58,119 bases of DNA. Source: Malacoraja senta. Taxonomy: Eukaryota. The stretch covers positions 1-58,119 of the forward strand of contig JAXLNO010000120.1 of assembly GCA_038087875.1 (NCBI GenBank). The letters run 5' to 3'. Position numbers and translations under genes: made by a program. The notes below the pieces were generated by a model. That model did not search any database. It was not told the origin of the DNA and saw only the letters and a list, made by a program, of their open reading frames with translations. Shown in pieces: positions 35,847-47,590 of this stretch (the stretch's first letter is position 1; each line of letters opens with the position of its first letter).

Positions 35847-38800
35847 TCATGCTTGTAATAGGTCCAAAAACGTAGACCACGTCTTTTGAAATTGGTCTAC
35901 TTTGCCTACTAGGAGGAATCTCATCTCTTCCAGATGTAATGTTTCCAACATATTTGATGTCCACATTTTTATTGTTGGTGTGGGCGCATTTTTCCAGAAT
36001 TTAAGTATAAGCTTTTTTCCCATTATTAGCCCATAATTGAGTAAATTCTTCTGATACACGTTTAATTCAGGAATATCTTCCGATATTCCAAAAATAATCC
36101 ATTCTGGTTTTGGTACCAGTTTTATTTTGATTAATTTTGAAAAAATATCAAATATTTCAAACCAGAATTTTTGGATTTTTGTACAAAAAACAAAAGAATG
36201 TGCTATGGTAGCTTCTTGACATATACATTTATCACAGATTGGTGAGACGTTAGGAAAGATTTTATTTAGTTTGGTTTTTGAATAATATAATCTATGTAAT
36301 GTTTTAAATTGGATAAGCGTATGTTCGTACGTTGATCGAGCATTTATGCACCTGTAATAAATGATTATCCCAACTCTCTTTTGAAATTTTTATACCTAGA
36401 TCTTGTTCCCAATCTCTTCTAATTCCATCTGTTGTGGGTATTTCTATGTTTAAGATGATATTATATAAGTATGATATTAAATTAACTGATTCCGCCTTTG
36501 TCTTCATTGCTTCATCTAGTAAGTCGGAAGGCATATTATAATAATCTTTTGTGTGTGTTTTCAAATAGTCACAGATTTGTAGATATTTAAAATATTGATT
36601 ATTTTTCAAATTATATTTCAGTTGTAGTTGTTGGAATGATAGTAATTTTTCTAATTCATACAGATCTTCGAGCGTTTTGATTCCCATTCTTTCCCATTGT
36701 ATAAATGCTTTATCTATGATTGAAGGTTTAAACGATGGGTTATTGACTATTGGTATTAAGAGAGATAGGTTTCTTAATTTTAGATTCTGTTTTATTTGCT
36801 TCCATGTTCTAATAGTGCTATATATAATTGGATTTTTATTATAATTTTTATTATTCAAATTTATTGGAGAGAGAATAATCGCTCCTATATTATTCGGGGA
36901 GCAATCCCCTTTTTCCATTATAATCCAGTCCACCTGCTGGGCAGAATTGTCCAGCAGGTGAATCATATTTTTAATATTTACTGCCCAGTTATAATACATA
37001 AAGTTAGGGAGCGCTAGACCCCCCAACTCTTTTCGTTTGTTAAGGTGTGTTCTTTGTATTCTGTGGGATTTGTAATCCCATATAAAATTTGTAATGTCTG
37101 AGTCCAGTTTTTTGAAAAACTTTTTTGGGAGATATATAGGTATTGATTGAAATAGGTAAAGGATTTGTGGTAAGAAAATCATTTTTATAGCATTTATCCT
37201 ACCTATTAAGGACATCGGAAGTGTTTTCCAAAATTTAATCAAATTATTTAATTTCTTAAGTAGGGGATTATAATTAGCTTTAAACATATCATGGTAATTT
37301 CTAGTGATCTCAATTCCTAAATATTTGAATTTTTCCATAGCTATTTTAAAAGGGAATTTCCTGAGATGTGTTGAGTCTTTTGGTTTAATCGACATAATTT
37401 CACTTTTGTTCCAATTTATTCTATATCCTGAAAAGGATCCAAAGTCCTCAATTAAGTTTAATATATTTGGTATACTAATTTGTGGTTTTGTGATGTACAG
37501 TAGTACATCATCAGCATATAGGGATAGTTTGTTGTTTGAATATTTTGTGTTATAACCGTGAATATTCGAGTGTGTTCTTATTTTTTCAGCAAGGGGTTCA
37601 ATTACCAAAGCAAATAACAGCGGTGATAGTGAACATCCTTGTCTGTTGCCCCTAGATAATTCGAATTTTGAAGATAATATATTATTAGTTAGTATTCTAG
37701 CCGTAGGTTTGTTATATAGTAGTTTTATCCATGCAATAAAGTTTTCTCCCAATTGGAATTTTTGCAATACTTTGATCATATAGTCCCATTCTACTTGATC
37801 AAACGCTTTTTCTGCGTCCAGTGAGATGATAGCTAACTCTTGGTCATAAGATTTATGTGAATGCATTATGTTAAGCAAACGTCTCAAATTATTAAATGAG
37901 TGTCTCTTAGGTATAAATCCTGTTTGATCCTCATGTATTAGTCTACTAACATACTTGCTTAATCTATTGGCTAATGTTTTTGCTATTATTTTCTGATCCG
38001 TATTTAACAAAGCAATAGCTCTATATGATCCTGGTTCTTCTATATTTTTATCTTTTTTAAGTATTAATATGATCGTTGATTCCGCTAGTGTTTCAGGTAG
38101 GTTTTGCTCTTTATAAGCATATGTATACATTTTTTGTAATCGTGGAGTAACTATATCATAAAAAGATTTATAAAATTCATTACTGAATCCGTCTGGTCCT
38201 GGTGTTTTTCCATTTTTTAGTGTTTTTATTGTGTCTTCTATCTCCTTAGAAGTAATTTGTGCTCCCAGTTCCTCTTGTTCCCTGCGTTCTAATTGTGGTA
38301 GATTACAATTATCTAAAAATTCTGAGATTTTATTATTGTCTATTGACGTTTTAGATGTGTATAGATTCTGGTAAAATTGAGCAAATCTTTTATTAATATC
38401 CTTGGGTAGTGTTAATACTTCCCCTCTATCTGATTTAATCTTTAATATTGCATTCTCTTTTTCCCGTTTTTTAAGTTGTCGTGCTAGAAGTTTGTGGGGT
38501 TTGTCCCCGAATTCGAAGTGTTCTTGTTTTGTGATTTGAAATAATGTTATAACTTTCTCTGACAGTAATTTATTTAACTGAAATTTCAGTAGTAGTATTT
38601 TATTATGTTTATCCATAGTTGGGTCTTTAGCATTATCTATATCTAACTGTTTTATTTGATCTTCTAAGTGTCTTTGTTCATTCTTATTCTTTTTATTTTG
38701 ATAAGCTTGAAATGAAATAATGACTCCTCTTATAAATGCTTTGAAGGATTCCCATAATAACGTGGGGGATATCTCTGGTGTATCATTTAACTCAAAAAAT

Positions 38801-39639
38801 AGATCCATCTGTTTTTTTAGATAGATACTCCCTTGAGGGTCTTTTAAAATTTGTGAGTTAAACCTCCAGAACGGTTTATTCATAGACATTCCTTCTAGTT
38901 TTAGAACAAAAGTTAACGGAGAATGATCTGAGATCGCATTAATATGATATTTAGGATTCAGAGATTGCGGAATTAATTTTGTATCCACAAGAAAATAGTC
39001 TATCCGTGAATATGTTTTATGCACCATTGAATAAAACGAGTAATCCCTTCCCGTCGGGTTTGCAATCCTCCATACATCTGTTATATTTGTGTTTTCCATA
39101 TATGTGTGCAATAGTTCACTGGTTTTAGATTTCGTCTGACCTTTTTGTTTTTGCATCGATTTATCTAAATAAGGATCTAAAACACAATTAAAATCTCCTC
39201 CGATTATAACATTTTGATAATTAGATTCTGCAATTATATTCAGAATTTTATTAAAAAATTGAGGGTTATCAAAGTTGGGCGCATATATGTTTACCAGCGT
39301 AATTGGCATATTATTGATCTCCCCTGCTACTATAAGATATCTCCCTTCCTTATCTAAAATAGTGTTCTTTGATTTAAATGGAATTCCTTTACGAATAATA
39401 ATTGCAGTACCTCTAGATTTGGAGGTAAATGAAGAGTGAAATGTTTGGCCTATCCAGTTCGCCCTCAGTCTTGTCTGATCTTGCTGTTTAAGATGTGTTT
39501 CCTGTAGAAACGCAATGTCCGTGTTGTATGATTTCAACTGAGCTAGTATCTTGCCCCTTTTAATAGGTTCATTAATCCCCCTTATATTCCAACTACATAA
39601 TGTGATTCCTCCTATTTTCTTTTGATTGTCGTCATGCAT
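35847..39639 (-). CDS. L1 ORF2p (APE endonuclease, RT, CCHC); single 1-nt insertion at 36324-36325
   Basis: SWNIRG, FLQETH, GGDFN, SRIDY, SDH, LDAEKAFD and YADD. Removing one T joins 36304-39639 to 35847-36059 through CDKCICQEATIAHSFVFC, giving 1263 aa. Confidence 0.95.
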
Positions 39640-40857
39640 TTTTACCAGTTTTAATGACCTTAATTATTGTGGTGCGTTCATACCTCCGGACTCTGGTTAT
39701 TTTGGGAGTATTTCTATTATAGACTTCCTTGGTAGTTCTCCTGCGCGATTGTCCTTGAAGAAAAAACACACAGATGTGACATATTGTGATTAAAAAAAAA
39801 GTATATAAATCAAATAAATTTACGGTGTCTAAAATTTCAACACCGTAGTGAGTGGCCCACTCGTCTGTGGGGTACGACATCCATAACGCTTCCGGCGTAG
39901 TTGGTATAAAGTTAGCCCCGCTGTATTTATTACCCAAAATCTATGGGGTCATTACCGTTTCCAATTCAGTTCTATTTCACCCAGTTACAATTTATATATA
40001 TGTCAAATGTATTCGATTCCATATCCTACTCACTCTTTATCTCTTAACTATTTTAAAATGAATTTAGTATTGTTAAAGTGAGCGGTTTACTGAGTGGATT
40101 AACCGGAGTCAGGTTCCTGGAATTGTGCCAGGTGCCTGATCTCCTCTCCTCTCCACGAGCTGCGAACATATGTGATAACTGCTGTCTGCGTTATGACGCA
40201 GGCACCACAGTTTTATCAGTTTCAAATATTATTTCTATATTAGTATTGTTAATTATTAATTATGATTAATTCTCAGCATTTTGTAAAACTATATAAGCCG
40301 TATATATTTTTCATACCAACCTCGAGTGTATATTATCTCTTAACTATTTTAAATTGGTTTTAATATTGTTAAAAATGAGCTGTTCGCTGGAAGGGTTAAC
40401 GGGAGTCTGGCTCCTGGAGTTATGCCAGGTACCCGGTCTCCCCCTCCCTCCACTCTCGAGCTGCATAGCACTTGCTGTTATCTGCTAAACAGAGCAGGCT
40501 GCACATTTTTTATCTATTACAATTGCTATTTCTATATTAGTATTGTTAATTATTAATTATTATTAGTTCTCAGTTTTTTCAGTTTTTTATAAACAATATA
40601 AGCCATGTGATGTTTTTCACTCTCAGCCCAGCAGTTCGTCCCGTGTTATCAGGTTTTCCTCGTTTGAGCACGTAGTGTCCTTGAATTACATAGCACAATG
40701 TTCCAGCGAAGATAATAATGTCTAGCCACGTCTCACTAAGAATCTGTTGCTTGAAGTCAAATAAAAAATAAAAAATCAGTGTTCAGTTAATTCACTTTCC
40801 TTGTGATACTCTTGTTGGGAGAATAAGCAAGTTCGTTTGTTCATGTCGTCTTGGTTT

Positions 40858-41853
40858 TCAATCTCCAGTTGATGCAGCCTTAGTCGCGATTTCTTGAGCG
40901 TATTTGAGAGATTCATCCGAATTAGTGAATGTTTTTGACACTCCCTCAAAGGTAATACGCATTCTAGCCGGATAGAACACTCCACACAAAACTCCCTTAA
41001 CACCATAAAGAACTTCTCTGGTCTGTGAGAACTTTCTTCTCTTTTGCTCAATCTCATAAGGGTAGTCCCGTAGGAGTTTAATAGTATCACCTCTGTACAT
41101 CATCTTCTCTCCGTGGTTGATTTTTTTCATCAGCGCTTCCATTGTTGAGATATCCCGAAGTTTAATTATGATCTGTCGTGGGTAGGCACGTTCTCCTTGA
41201 GATCTTGATTTAAATCTGGGGAGTCGATGTGCTACTTCAATTACAGGTACTTCTGGTAGCTTCAGTACGTGTTTAATTAGGTTGGCAGCGAACTCACAAA
41301 CATTGTCCCCCTCAGCTCCCTCTTTTACACCACGTATTCTTATATTTTGACGTCTTGAGCGAGCTTCTAGGTCAACACATTTATTCGAAACCTTTGTGAC
41401 TTGGTTCTTGAGACTATCTATTTCTGACTTCATAGTCTGCATCTCTCCAGCCATCACTTCCACAGCAGCTTCCAAATCTTTCACTGCAGATGCATTTGCA
41501 GCCACAGTTTCGTGCACAGCCTCAAACATCTTTGTGGTCTCTTCTGCCACCTTTTCAATTTTTATCGATAATCCTTTTTCCACACCTTCAATTCTTTTTT
41601 GGAGAGCCTCAATACCCTCAAGTATTTTATCATTACCGGCCATCAATTTACTGTTCCCAGCTTCCATATCATTTTTGATATCTCTTACCGAGTTTCTTAA
41701 GTCCTCCATTTCGGCTTTCTCTTTTGCAGATCGAGTAGCCATTCCAGAGACCTCTCCAGAGGTCAGTTCTGAAGTTTCTTGCTGTTCCAGAGTCTTCAGC
41801 AGATGTTTTGAGATTTTCCTCTGTGGGCTCTGACCTGGAGATGTACTTTTCAT
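40858..41853 (-). CDS. L1 ORF1p (coiled coil + RRM/CTD), intact, 331 aa
   Basis: Heptad-rich N-terminal half, then DLEARSRRQNIRIRGVKE, AHR, PRQIIIK and YPARMRI. Confidence 0.95.
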   Translation of the reverse strand: MKSTSPGQSPQRKISKHLLKTLEQQETSELTSGEVSGMATRSAKEKAEMEDLRNSVRDIKNDMEAGNSKLMAGNDKILEGIEALQKRIEGVEKGLSIKIEKVAEETTKMFEAVHETVAANASAVKDLEAAVEVMAGEMQTMKSEIDSLKNQVTKVSNKCVDLEARSRRQNIRIRGVKEGAEGDNVCEFAANLIKHVLKLPEVPVIEVAHRLPRFKSRSQGERAYPRQIIIKLRDISTMEALMKKINHGEKMMYRGDTIKLLRDYPYEIEQKRRKFSQTREVLYGVKGVLCGVFYPARMRITFEGVSKTFTNSDESLKYAQEIATKAASTGD

Positions 41854-42959
41854 TTAAAATGACTTTCCCTCCGTTAAAATCGCGGCGCTTACTGAAGACG
41901 TCATCAGCACCGCGACATGAAGCTCCGGTAAGTTTTTAAAAACGGTCCCGACCTCCAGACCCGATTTTAACGCGAAAAAACGCGATTTTTTCAGCGGAGC
42001 TAAAAAGTTTGCGACTGCTAGCAAAGCATGTCGCCACCGGACATTAGCAAGCTTTACACACAGAAAATTACTCTCCAGTCACCCCAACAATTCTACCAGC
42101 TGGTGAAAGCAGGACTTTCACCCTTGCCTGGAAGAAAGCTTCAAGATTCAAGATTCAAGAGAGTTTATTGTCATGTGTCCCTGATAGGACAATGAAATTC
42201 TTGCTTGGCTTCATCACAACAGAACATAGTAGGCATTGACATAGTAGGCAAGACATTGGTTGAATATATAAAGTCATTTCATTTCAAACAGTCAATTGGA
42301 AAAATGTCATCACCTCATTTAGCACATGAAGTGAATCTGTACACAATCAAACAGAATGAAACGATGCGTAGCATCAACTCTCATCTGTGGTAGAATCAGT
42401 GTGTCCCACCACAGGGGTCTCATCAGGCACCTCTATTCCCACAGAACTAGAGTGGAAGCAAGTCATCCTCAATCCTGAGAGAATACCAGTGAAGAATTGT
42501 TCACCCCCACTCAGGAAAGCACTTGGCATAAAAATTGTCCCTAGTATGTGTAGTGTTAACTTTAATCTCATCTATTGGTTGTAAAGTTGCTTCATCACTG
42601 TATGAAGCTTTTGTGGTTAGCAGTGTTGAGGATTGTGCAATAAAGTGACAAAACTCAGTGAAGACAGTGAAAACCCAGAATCACAGTTCAAACACCAGTA
42701 TGAGCAACTTGTGTAGCATGGAAGATTGAAGATTATATTAGAGGGCCTTCTATTTGAGGGATTATTGTTCTGGACTGTGAAATGGAATTTACTCATTTTT
42801 AACAGAACTTGTTAATGTTATTGACATGGATTGTGAGACCACTCAGGACCCTGAACATGGAATCCAATGTCCAAGAAAGCCTTGCCATGTTCAGCAGTAT
42901 GCTCCACACAAACACCATGGTTCCCAAACATTCACTCATATTCTATACGTTTCACTCAC

Positions 42960-43127
42960 ATAAACAGATTAGTCTTGAGGGGCACTTCTAATTGATCCAT
43001 GTGGAGAAATGGATCTTGGAATGTGCTCTAGGGTAAATGCTGTAGGCCTGATCCGGACAGCAAGCTCGATGACAACAAAGCCTTGGGAGCCTTTAAATGG
43101 CCAACAGTTCTCAGGATAAACCTCCGG
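42960..43127 (-). pseudogene. SUN exon with in-frame stop
   Basis: PEVYPENCWPFKGSQGFVVIELAVRIRPTAFTLEHIPRSISPHGSIRSAPQD*SVY; TAA at 42969-42971. Confidence 0.95.
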
Positions 43128-43169
43128 CTGCAAGAGAGAACAAGAACAAAAAAATTAGGAAAGATTCTC

Positions 43170-43445
43170 AGTTTCATTTCGATATTCAGCGCGGAAACAG
43201 GAAATATTAACACTATCCTACCCACACTCGGGACAATTTTGTGTTACATTTACCAAGCCAATTAACCTACAAACCTGTACGTCTTTGGAGAGTGGGAGGA
43301 AACCGAAGATCTAGGAGAAAACCCACGCAGGTCACGGGGAGAACGTACAAACTCCGTACAGACGGCACGCATAGTTGGGATCGAACCGGGGTCTCTGGCG
43401 CTGCAAGCGCTGTAAGGCAACAACTTTACCACTGTGCCGCCCACA
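43170..43445 (-). mobile_element. tRNA-derived SINE
   Basis: Same family as 57181-57470; further copies at about 46975-47170 (+) and 56405-56550 (+, internally deleted). Confidence 0.85.
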
Positions 43446-45212
43446 ATTCTCTACCCACAATTATCCCCCTTCCTTTCAACAGAACACTGATTCTTCCTAA
43501 AGGGACAGCAAAGATTTGGATTTTTGGACACGATCCACGAGATATTTACAGAATAATGAAAGGCATAGAGTGGATGTGGAAAGGATGTTTCCACTGGTGG
43601 GAGAGTCTAGGACCAGAGGTCATAGGCTCAGAATTAAAGGGTGCGCCTTTAGAAATGAGGTGAGGAGGAACTTCATTACCACAGAGGGCTGTGGAGGCCA
43701 AGTCAGTGGATATTTTTAAGGCAGAGATAGACCAATTCTTGATTAGAACGGGTGTCAAGGGTTATTTTGGGAACAGGGATGGGTTGGTGGGGTGGGGGTT
43801 GCTATGGCAGGAATCTGCAGTCTCGACCCCTCAATGTTTTCTGCCAATTTACCTCAACCCTGCACAATGAGAAAACGCGCTACAATTTTCCAGCGGAGCC
43901 CATTGCTGCTTTTGGTTCATGGTTTGACAATTATTATGTTAATGCAGAGAACAGGAGTTACTGAGACATTTTTAACACACTGTCCCCAACATAGATACTC
44001 TCTCACCATTTACAAAGTATCAGGACAAGTACCTGAACCAGCAGGACCTCTGTCCCGGGCAGTGTGATCAAATGCAACCCACAATATGCTTTCTCCGATC
44101 TCCTCTAAATCTCTCTTTGCTTTAAAACCTCAACCCTCTGGACTTAGGCACCTCTGTAAGCTACAGGCAAATGCTGGCAAATGGGATTAGTTGTACGGGT
44201 ACCTGATGGTTGACGTGGACATGTTGGGCACAAAGGGCCTGTTTCTGTGCTATATGACTCCACAAGTGGATTTAACAAATCTGAACTCAATTGAAGATTT
44301 GACAAACACACTGGCAATCTACATCCAGGTGAGAGGAATGGGGAGCAGAAAGCGTCGTAGTTTGGTTAAAGCAGATGGAAGGAGCCCACTTTTCCTTAAG
44401 GAAGGATATTTTTGCTATGGAGGGAACACATCAGAAGTGCAGCAGATTAACTGTAGGGATGGCAGGGCTGACGTATGAAGAGCAATCTGGTCAATATTCA
44501 CTGGAGTTTGGAAGGAATGATCATTTTACAGAAACCTACAAAATGTAGAAGTTGTAACAGGACTGGAAAGATTCGAGGTAAGATGTTCCTGATGCTGGGG
44601 AGTTTCAGGACCAGGATCACAGAGCGAGGATAAGTTGAGGTCATGTAGAACTCAGAGGGGGAGAAACCTCTTCATCCAGAGTGGTGAACCAGAGGAATTC
44701 TCAATCATGGAATGCAATTGAAATCATATTGTTGAATATACTCATGAGTTAAATATTGTTCTTGTAGCTAGAGGGACCAAGAGGTATGGGGAGAAAGTTA
44801 TGGGGAGTCCCCCAACTGGGGACACAATTTGGATGATCAGCCATGATCACACTGAGGGGTTGAGTGGGCTTGAAGGGCCACATTGCTTACTCCTGTTCAT
44901 AATTTCCATGTTTCTATTCCATATCCCACAACTGTGGTACTGAACAAGCACGCATGGTGGGCCAGTGCATGATTTTTTGGACATATATATCAATACCTTG
45001 CATTCTTCTGACTGGGAAGAACTGTTATGCAGACAGATTATGTTTCACATAAACCTGGGGAAAGCAGAAGACGCACACTAGTTGTGGTGCCCCCAACAGC
45101 AAATCTTGAAGTTGTGGACCTATAGGGTCCCTGTACCTTGCTGCCTCTAGGAGAGTATTCGAAGGTGACTGCTTTCAAGACAGAAGGGAGCAGCAGTACA
45201 AGGAGTATATAC

Positions 45213-45325
45213 CTGAATGACAGCTGTGGGTGAGTGAGATTGGTACCACAGTGGAATGCCAAACAGACTAAGAATAGTCTTGGTCTTTAACGTCTCTGTG
45301 CAGCGAGTGTGGATCACACTGCCAC
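45213..45325 (-). pseudogene. SUN exon (KASH-lid region)
   Basis: (G)GSVIHTRCTETLKTKTILSLFGIPLWYQSHSPTAVIQ; cttgttag| acceptor and |gtatat donor. Confidence 0.95.
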
Positions 45326-45635
45326 CTAACAAGAGAAAACAGAATCATTATCATATCACTGAATGGACAAAGTTAATCATGAATCCTTCAAGAAATATGC
45401 AGGTTTGCAGAGAACTGCAAAACTCTGGCAGAGGGATTGGAAAGTTTTTGCTTGAGTGCTGACCACTAAGAAGAACTTTCCAATTTGTCCAGGAACTCAA
45501 CACATCCTGCACAACTGCAGCAATAATTTAATGTTACAATCGCAATTGTTTAAGTAAATTTGAAAGCTAATTTTCATACAATGTCCAACAGGTTGGAGCA
45601 CAGAATCCAGCTGAAACTTTCAATGCACAGCTGAA

Positions 45636-45654
45636 TGGCCACCAGGTGGCAGTG
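45636..45654 (+). promoter_or_regulatory. Candidate CTCF site
   Basis: TGGCCACCAGGTGGCAGTG closely matches the vertebrate CTCF core consensus; motif match only. Confidence 0.5.
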
Positions 45655-47411
45655 GTTGGATAAGTACCCTCCCAAATTTCAACCATTTACTTGCTCTCAT
45701 CATCTTTCCATTGAACACAACTATAATAAACTAGGAGCTATTTTTGCAAAAAATTAAGTACAATGAGAAAGATTTCTGTGACATAAAATGGAAGCAAAAC
45801 TTCTACCCGCTGACCAAGATATAAAAATATTGTTATTCGTAGGCAGTTAGCTGGGAACATGTGCAACAAATGACTGCTGTCTGCATAGGTTCTTTTTCTC
45901 AATTATATAAAGCTGTGGCGATCCCTGGGGGTTAGGCCACTCCTTGGGTCATCCCCCTCGGCTATTGAGGGACAGGGGCGTTGGTCTGCCACGGGGTTTC
46001 CCGAGGTCCTTCCCAGGGTGTGTATGTTCTCGCTGCGACATTAAAAACTACTGTTGAACCTGCCTGACCTCTGGCCTCTTCCCGACCTCATCCAGGCTGC
46101 TACAAAGCCATTTAGCATTACATCTGACCTAGTTTAGAGACTAACCAGGAAGGACAATTTATCTTGTAGAACATATATTTTTCATATATTGTAGAACATA
46201 TATTTACATCGCAGTAACAGGCCCTTTTGTCCCACTGTGTCTGCACCAACCATGATGTCAGCCTAACTCATCCCATCTGACTGGACATGGTCTACATCCC
46301 TCTACTCCCTGTCTGTACATGTATCTGTCCAAATGCCTTTTAAAGATTACTATTGTATCTGCTTCCACCACCTCCCCTGACAACACACCTACAGCTGTGC
46401 AAGAAAAACTTGCCTCACACATCTCCTTTAAACATCCCCCCCTCTCACCTTAACTCTATGCCCTGGCGTATTTGACATTTTCACCCTGTGGAAAGACTGC
46501 CTACTCTATCTATATATCTCTCATAATTTTATATACTTCTATCAGGTCTCGTCTCCGCCTCTGACGCTCCAGCAAAAACATTCCGTTTGTCCAACCTCCC
46601 CTTATAGCTAATATTCTATTCTAACATTCTGTCTAATCCAGGCAGCATCCTGGTCATTCTGCAGATGGCTGAAACCTAAAGTAGATCTTCAGCTTTCTAC
46701 ACAATTCCAATTGTCCAATGTTAGCTTGAGAAGAACCAAGCTTCTATCCACATTTCAAACCATGAGCTTGTCTTCTTTTCTTGCACTTCTACAGGTGTTT
46801 AAGATTTCATTCGTCTGCACTAGTTGCATCTCCACCGATCCAGCTGGTATCGACATTCATCTCAAATATCTCCTGGTCTCCAGTCTATCTACTTTGTTCT
46901 CACTTTCTCTGCAACGTAAACTTTGCTTCACAGAATAAAACTGGCCAACCAACAGTAAAGGGGAGCAATTAAATCAGGGCAGCACAGTGACGGATCGTTA
47001 GACCTCCTGCCTGACAGCACCAGAGACTTGGGTTTGATCCTGACTACGGGTGCTGTCTGTACGGAGTTTGTACATTCTCCCTGTGACCGCATGGGTTTTC
47101 TCCGGGTGCTCTGGTATCCTCCCACACTCCAAAGATGTACAGGTTTGTAGGTTAATTGTAAGTTGTAAAATTGGCCAGAGGGCAGAATAAGACCCATCTT
47201 TTCTTCATAAGCATTAAATGACTTGGAGTTCCAGATTTGTAGATGATACTGTGAACTGGAGATATTCATGGAATTGGAGGCAAATACAGAATTGGGTTTG
47301 AACAGCTGTAATTCAAATGTGAAATATTTCATTTTGGGAGGAGGAATAAGGCAATGTAAACTAGAGGGCACAATTCTAAAAGGAGTGAAGAAACAACAGT
47401 GTCTCTGGAAT

Positions 47412-47446
47412 GGGTGACGTTTCGGGTCGAGACCCTTCATCAGACT
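47412..47446 (-). ncRNA. Minimal hammerhead-ribozyme core motif (Penelope-type repeat)
   Basis: Minus strand reads AGT-CTGATGA-AGGGTCTCGACCC-GAAA-CGTC-ACCC, i.e. CUGAUGA, stem II, GAAA, palindromic ACGU and a GUC triplet; stem I is weak. Confidence 0.55.
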
Positions 47447-47590
47447 TTCACATCCTTCTTACACACGTGGGTGATATATGTGCCTAGTTTACTGAAAGAA
47501 GGAAGTTTAGGATGTTGTTTAAAAACGCCTGTACTTTATAAATAACGGCTCAGAGTACAAGAGCAAAGAAGTGATGGGGAACTTTGTAAA

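Larger units (their letters stand above)
35422..42042 (-). mobile_element. Full-length young L1 retrotransposon with 15-bp TSD
   Basis: TSD attagcaagctttac at 35407-35421 and 42043-42057; pure poly(T) from 35422; short CpG-rich 5' UTR; ORF1, about 1.2 kb inter-ORF spacer, ORF2. Confidence 0.98.
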
